Shown piece by piece: positions 62,501 through 64,000 of a stretch of 64,000 nucleotides of DNA. Position 1 is the first letter of the stretch. Every line of letters starts with the position of its first letter. Location of the stretch: positions 1,553,831 through 1,617,830 of the forward strand of contig NW_019217785.1 of assembly GCF_002571385.2 (NCBI RefSeq). Direction: 5' to 3'. Below the pieces are notes generated by a model. That model saw only the letters and a list, made by a program, of their open reading frames with translations. It ran no database searches and was not told the DNA's origin. The stretch comes from Stylophora pistillata. Lineage: Eukaryota. The translations under genes were made by a program, and so were the position numbers.

Positions 62501-62766
62501 CTACTGACAAATCTACTGACAAAATGTGTCGTCCCTCTTATATAAGGGTGTATACTGATATATCTCGGTTTCCTATCAGTTACAATATTCTTGGGAGATG
62601 CAAAGTGCCATGGCTGCAATGGAGTAAATGATGTAATAATTGCGATGGCCTTCCTTTATGAACATATCCTTCTTTTATAACTCTGATAATTTTAACTCTT
62701 TAGTTGAGGTATTCTCAGTACGAGGGTTCCTCATGTGAAGGTCCAGCTATGATTGTGACTGCTTTC

Positions 62767-62840
62767 TTACTTACTGCCCGTCGCGCGTCTTGGCTCATAG
62801 GGCAGTGAAGAAATCTCCCCATTCTTCCCTATCGTGGGCC
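62767..62840 (-). mobile_element. Possible RTE-type LINE extreme 3' end
   Basis: The minus strand reads AHDREEWGDFFTAL followed by a (TAAG)n tail. Confidence 0.35.
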
Positions 62841-63092
62841 GGCCTGGATGGCCCCCTACGTCTCATTTATGTTCTTCATCTCCTCCCTACCTCCTCCTCT
62901 CTTCGCTGCGACTGCAGCGAGAGAGAAAAAGAAACCGTAATCCTTGATTGTATCTCGTCTCGACTTCTTGCGAGGAGTAAAAGAAAGTGAAAATCTCTGG
63001 CACCAGCGGTATCGTTAAATTCCTTAGTTAGAACCATCTTTTGATTGGACTGTCAGATTTCAGAATTCTGGCTTGTATAGAGTATATCATTT

Positions 63093-64000
63093 TCAATTCA
63101 AAATGAAATTCCCTCTGGGGGCTTTAAGAACTACATACAAAGCGTTACTTATAATGGCCATGACGACTATCCACATAAAGAATTTATTGATTACTCGTGA
63201 AGCAAATCTCCATTCTTCACAAAGCATTTGCGCTTTGTCCTCTTCATGGTATCTTTGGCTTAGTAAAAAGTCATTTTCTGTTTCGCTTGACCGCTCATCA
63301 AGGCTTTGACCTGTAACGAGTTCCGTCGTCGGTGTTTGAGAGGGCAACGAAATTTCTGGCATCCAGTTCACTACAGCACCTTTAGTAAGGATGTCGTTAG
63401 ATGAGAATTTCTGCTTCATCTCTATCTGTTTCCTCTTTTCTTGTATTATTACCCATTCTTGTTGCATGCGGGTCAATTTTGCCCCCCAGTCACACAATGA
63501 AGTTCGCATCCAGCGAGGCAGCGGAATAGCAGAGTGATGATACAAAGTAAGAACGACACAAGAGAAAACCAAGGACATAAAAATATTTAACATGGTAAGC
63601 CCATAGTAGACAACAATGAGCGGTACTTCTGAGGTGGGTGGAAGGGAATCGGATAATATCAACTGAATGATACTCAACGACAAGAGCACTGTTATACCAA
63701 CGCCCATCCGTTCTCCACTTTCTGAGGGCAAGTAGAACGAAAGGATTGTTAAGGCCATCATGATCAGACACGGCATAAAACAGTTGAGCACGTAGTACAA
63801 AGACCTTCGCTTGATGTTAATGTTGTATGTTAGATACACGTAGGGATGGGGACAACAACGAAATTTAGTCACGTGTCTTTTTGAGGGCATGCTTTGAAGA
63901 ATCCACTCCCCATTAGCAATAAATGAGCTAGTGTCACCATCGCCTACATTAAAAAGATTCATCTCATAAATGTTGTACGACCACGAGCCCAATTTCAGAG
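63093..64000 (-). CDS. Nicotinic acetylcholine receptor alpha-like subunit, 3' part (extends beyond the window)
   Basis: KLGSWSY (loop B), NGEW, loop C FRCCPHPY, RRSLYY, M1-M3 (LPSESGERMGVGITVLLSL, LPPTSEVPL), EEWRFASRVINKFF and M4. No intron in 908 bp. Confidence 0.93.
   Translation of the reverse strand, partial: LKLGSWSYNIYEMNLFNVGDGDTSSFIANGEWILQSMPSKRHVTKFRCCPHPYVYLTYNINIKRRSLYYVLNCFMPCLIMMALTILSFYLPSESGERMGVGITVLLSLSIIQLILSDSLPPTSEVPLIVVYYGLTMLNIFMSLVFSCVVLTLYHHSAIPLPRWMRTSLCDWGAKLTRMQQEWVIIQEKRKQIEMKQKFSSNDILTKGAVVNWMPEISLPSQTPTTELVTGQSLDERSSETENDFLLSQRYHEEDKAQMLCEEWRFASRVINKFFMWIVVMAIISNALYVVLKAPRGNFILN

Overview
Intron-rich, AT-rich animal genomic DNA, most likely a stony coral or other anthozoan (inferred from its Penelope, retrozyme and tRNA-derived repeats and an intron-poor nAChR). 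Genes in order: the 3' part of an ADAMTSL1/3 (punctin/MADD-4)-like gene with at least 9 Ig exons, 2 TSP1 repeats and a PLAC domain (+); a SAXO/FAM154 gene tail-to-tail with it (-); a complete THSD4/ADAMTSL6-like gene (+); a two-exon C18orf32 (UPF0729) homolog (-); a head-to-head PUB-UBA-UBX-thioredoxin gene (+); a single-exon ANTP/NK-like homeobox gene (+); and the 3' part of a nicotinic acetylcholine receptor alpha-like gene (-). The main finding is that the C18orf32 homolog has an in-frame TGA exactly at the first Cys of the family's N-terminal CxxC motif (MV-U-ISC). It also has a well-formed type II SECIS-like hairpin just after its stop codon, so it is a candidate previously undescribed selenoprotein. 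Only 124 bp separate its start codon from that of an unusual p97-cofactor/thioredoxin fusion gene. Repeats include a 247-bp tRNA-containing tandem-plus-inverted array, Penelope-like fragments with minimal hammerheads, a hammerhead retrozyme monomer, SINE/LINE fragments and foldback MITEs. Exon boundaries were read by eye from GT/AG signals and frame continuity. Family names come from recalled motifs, not database searches.
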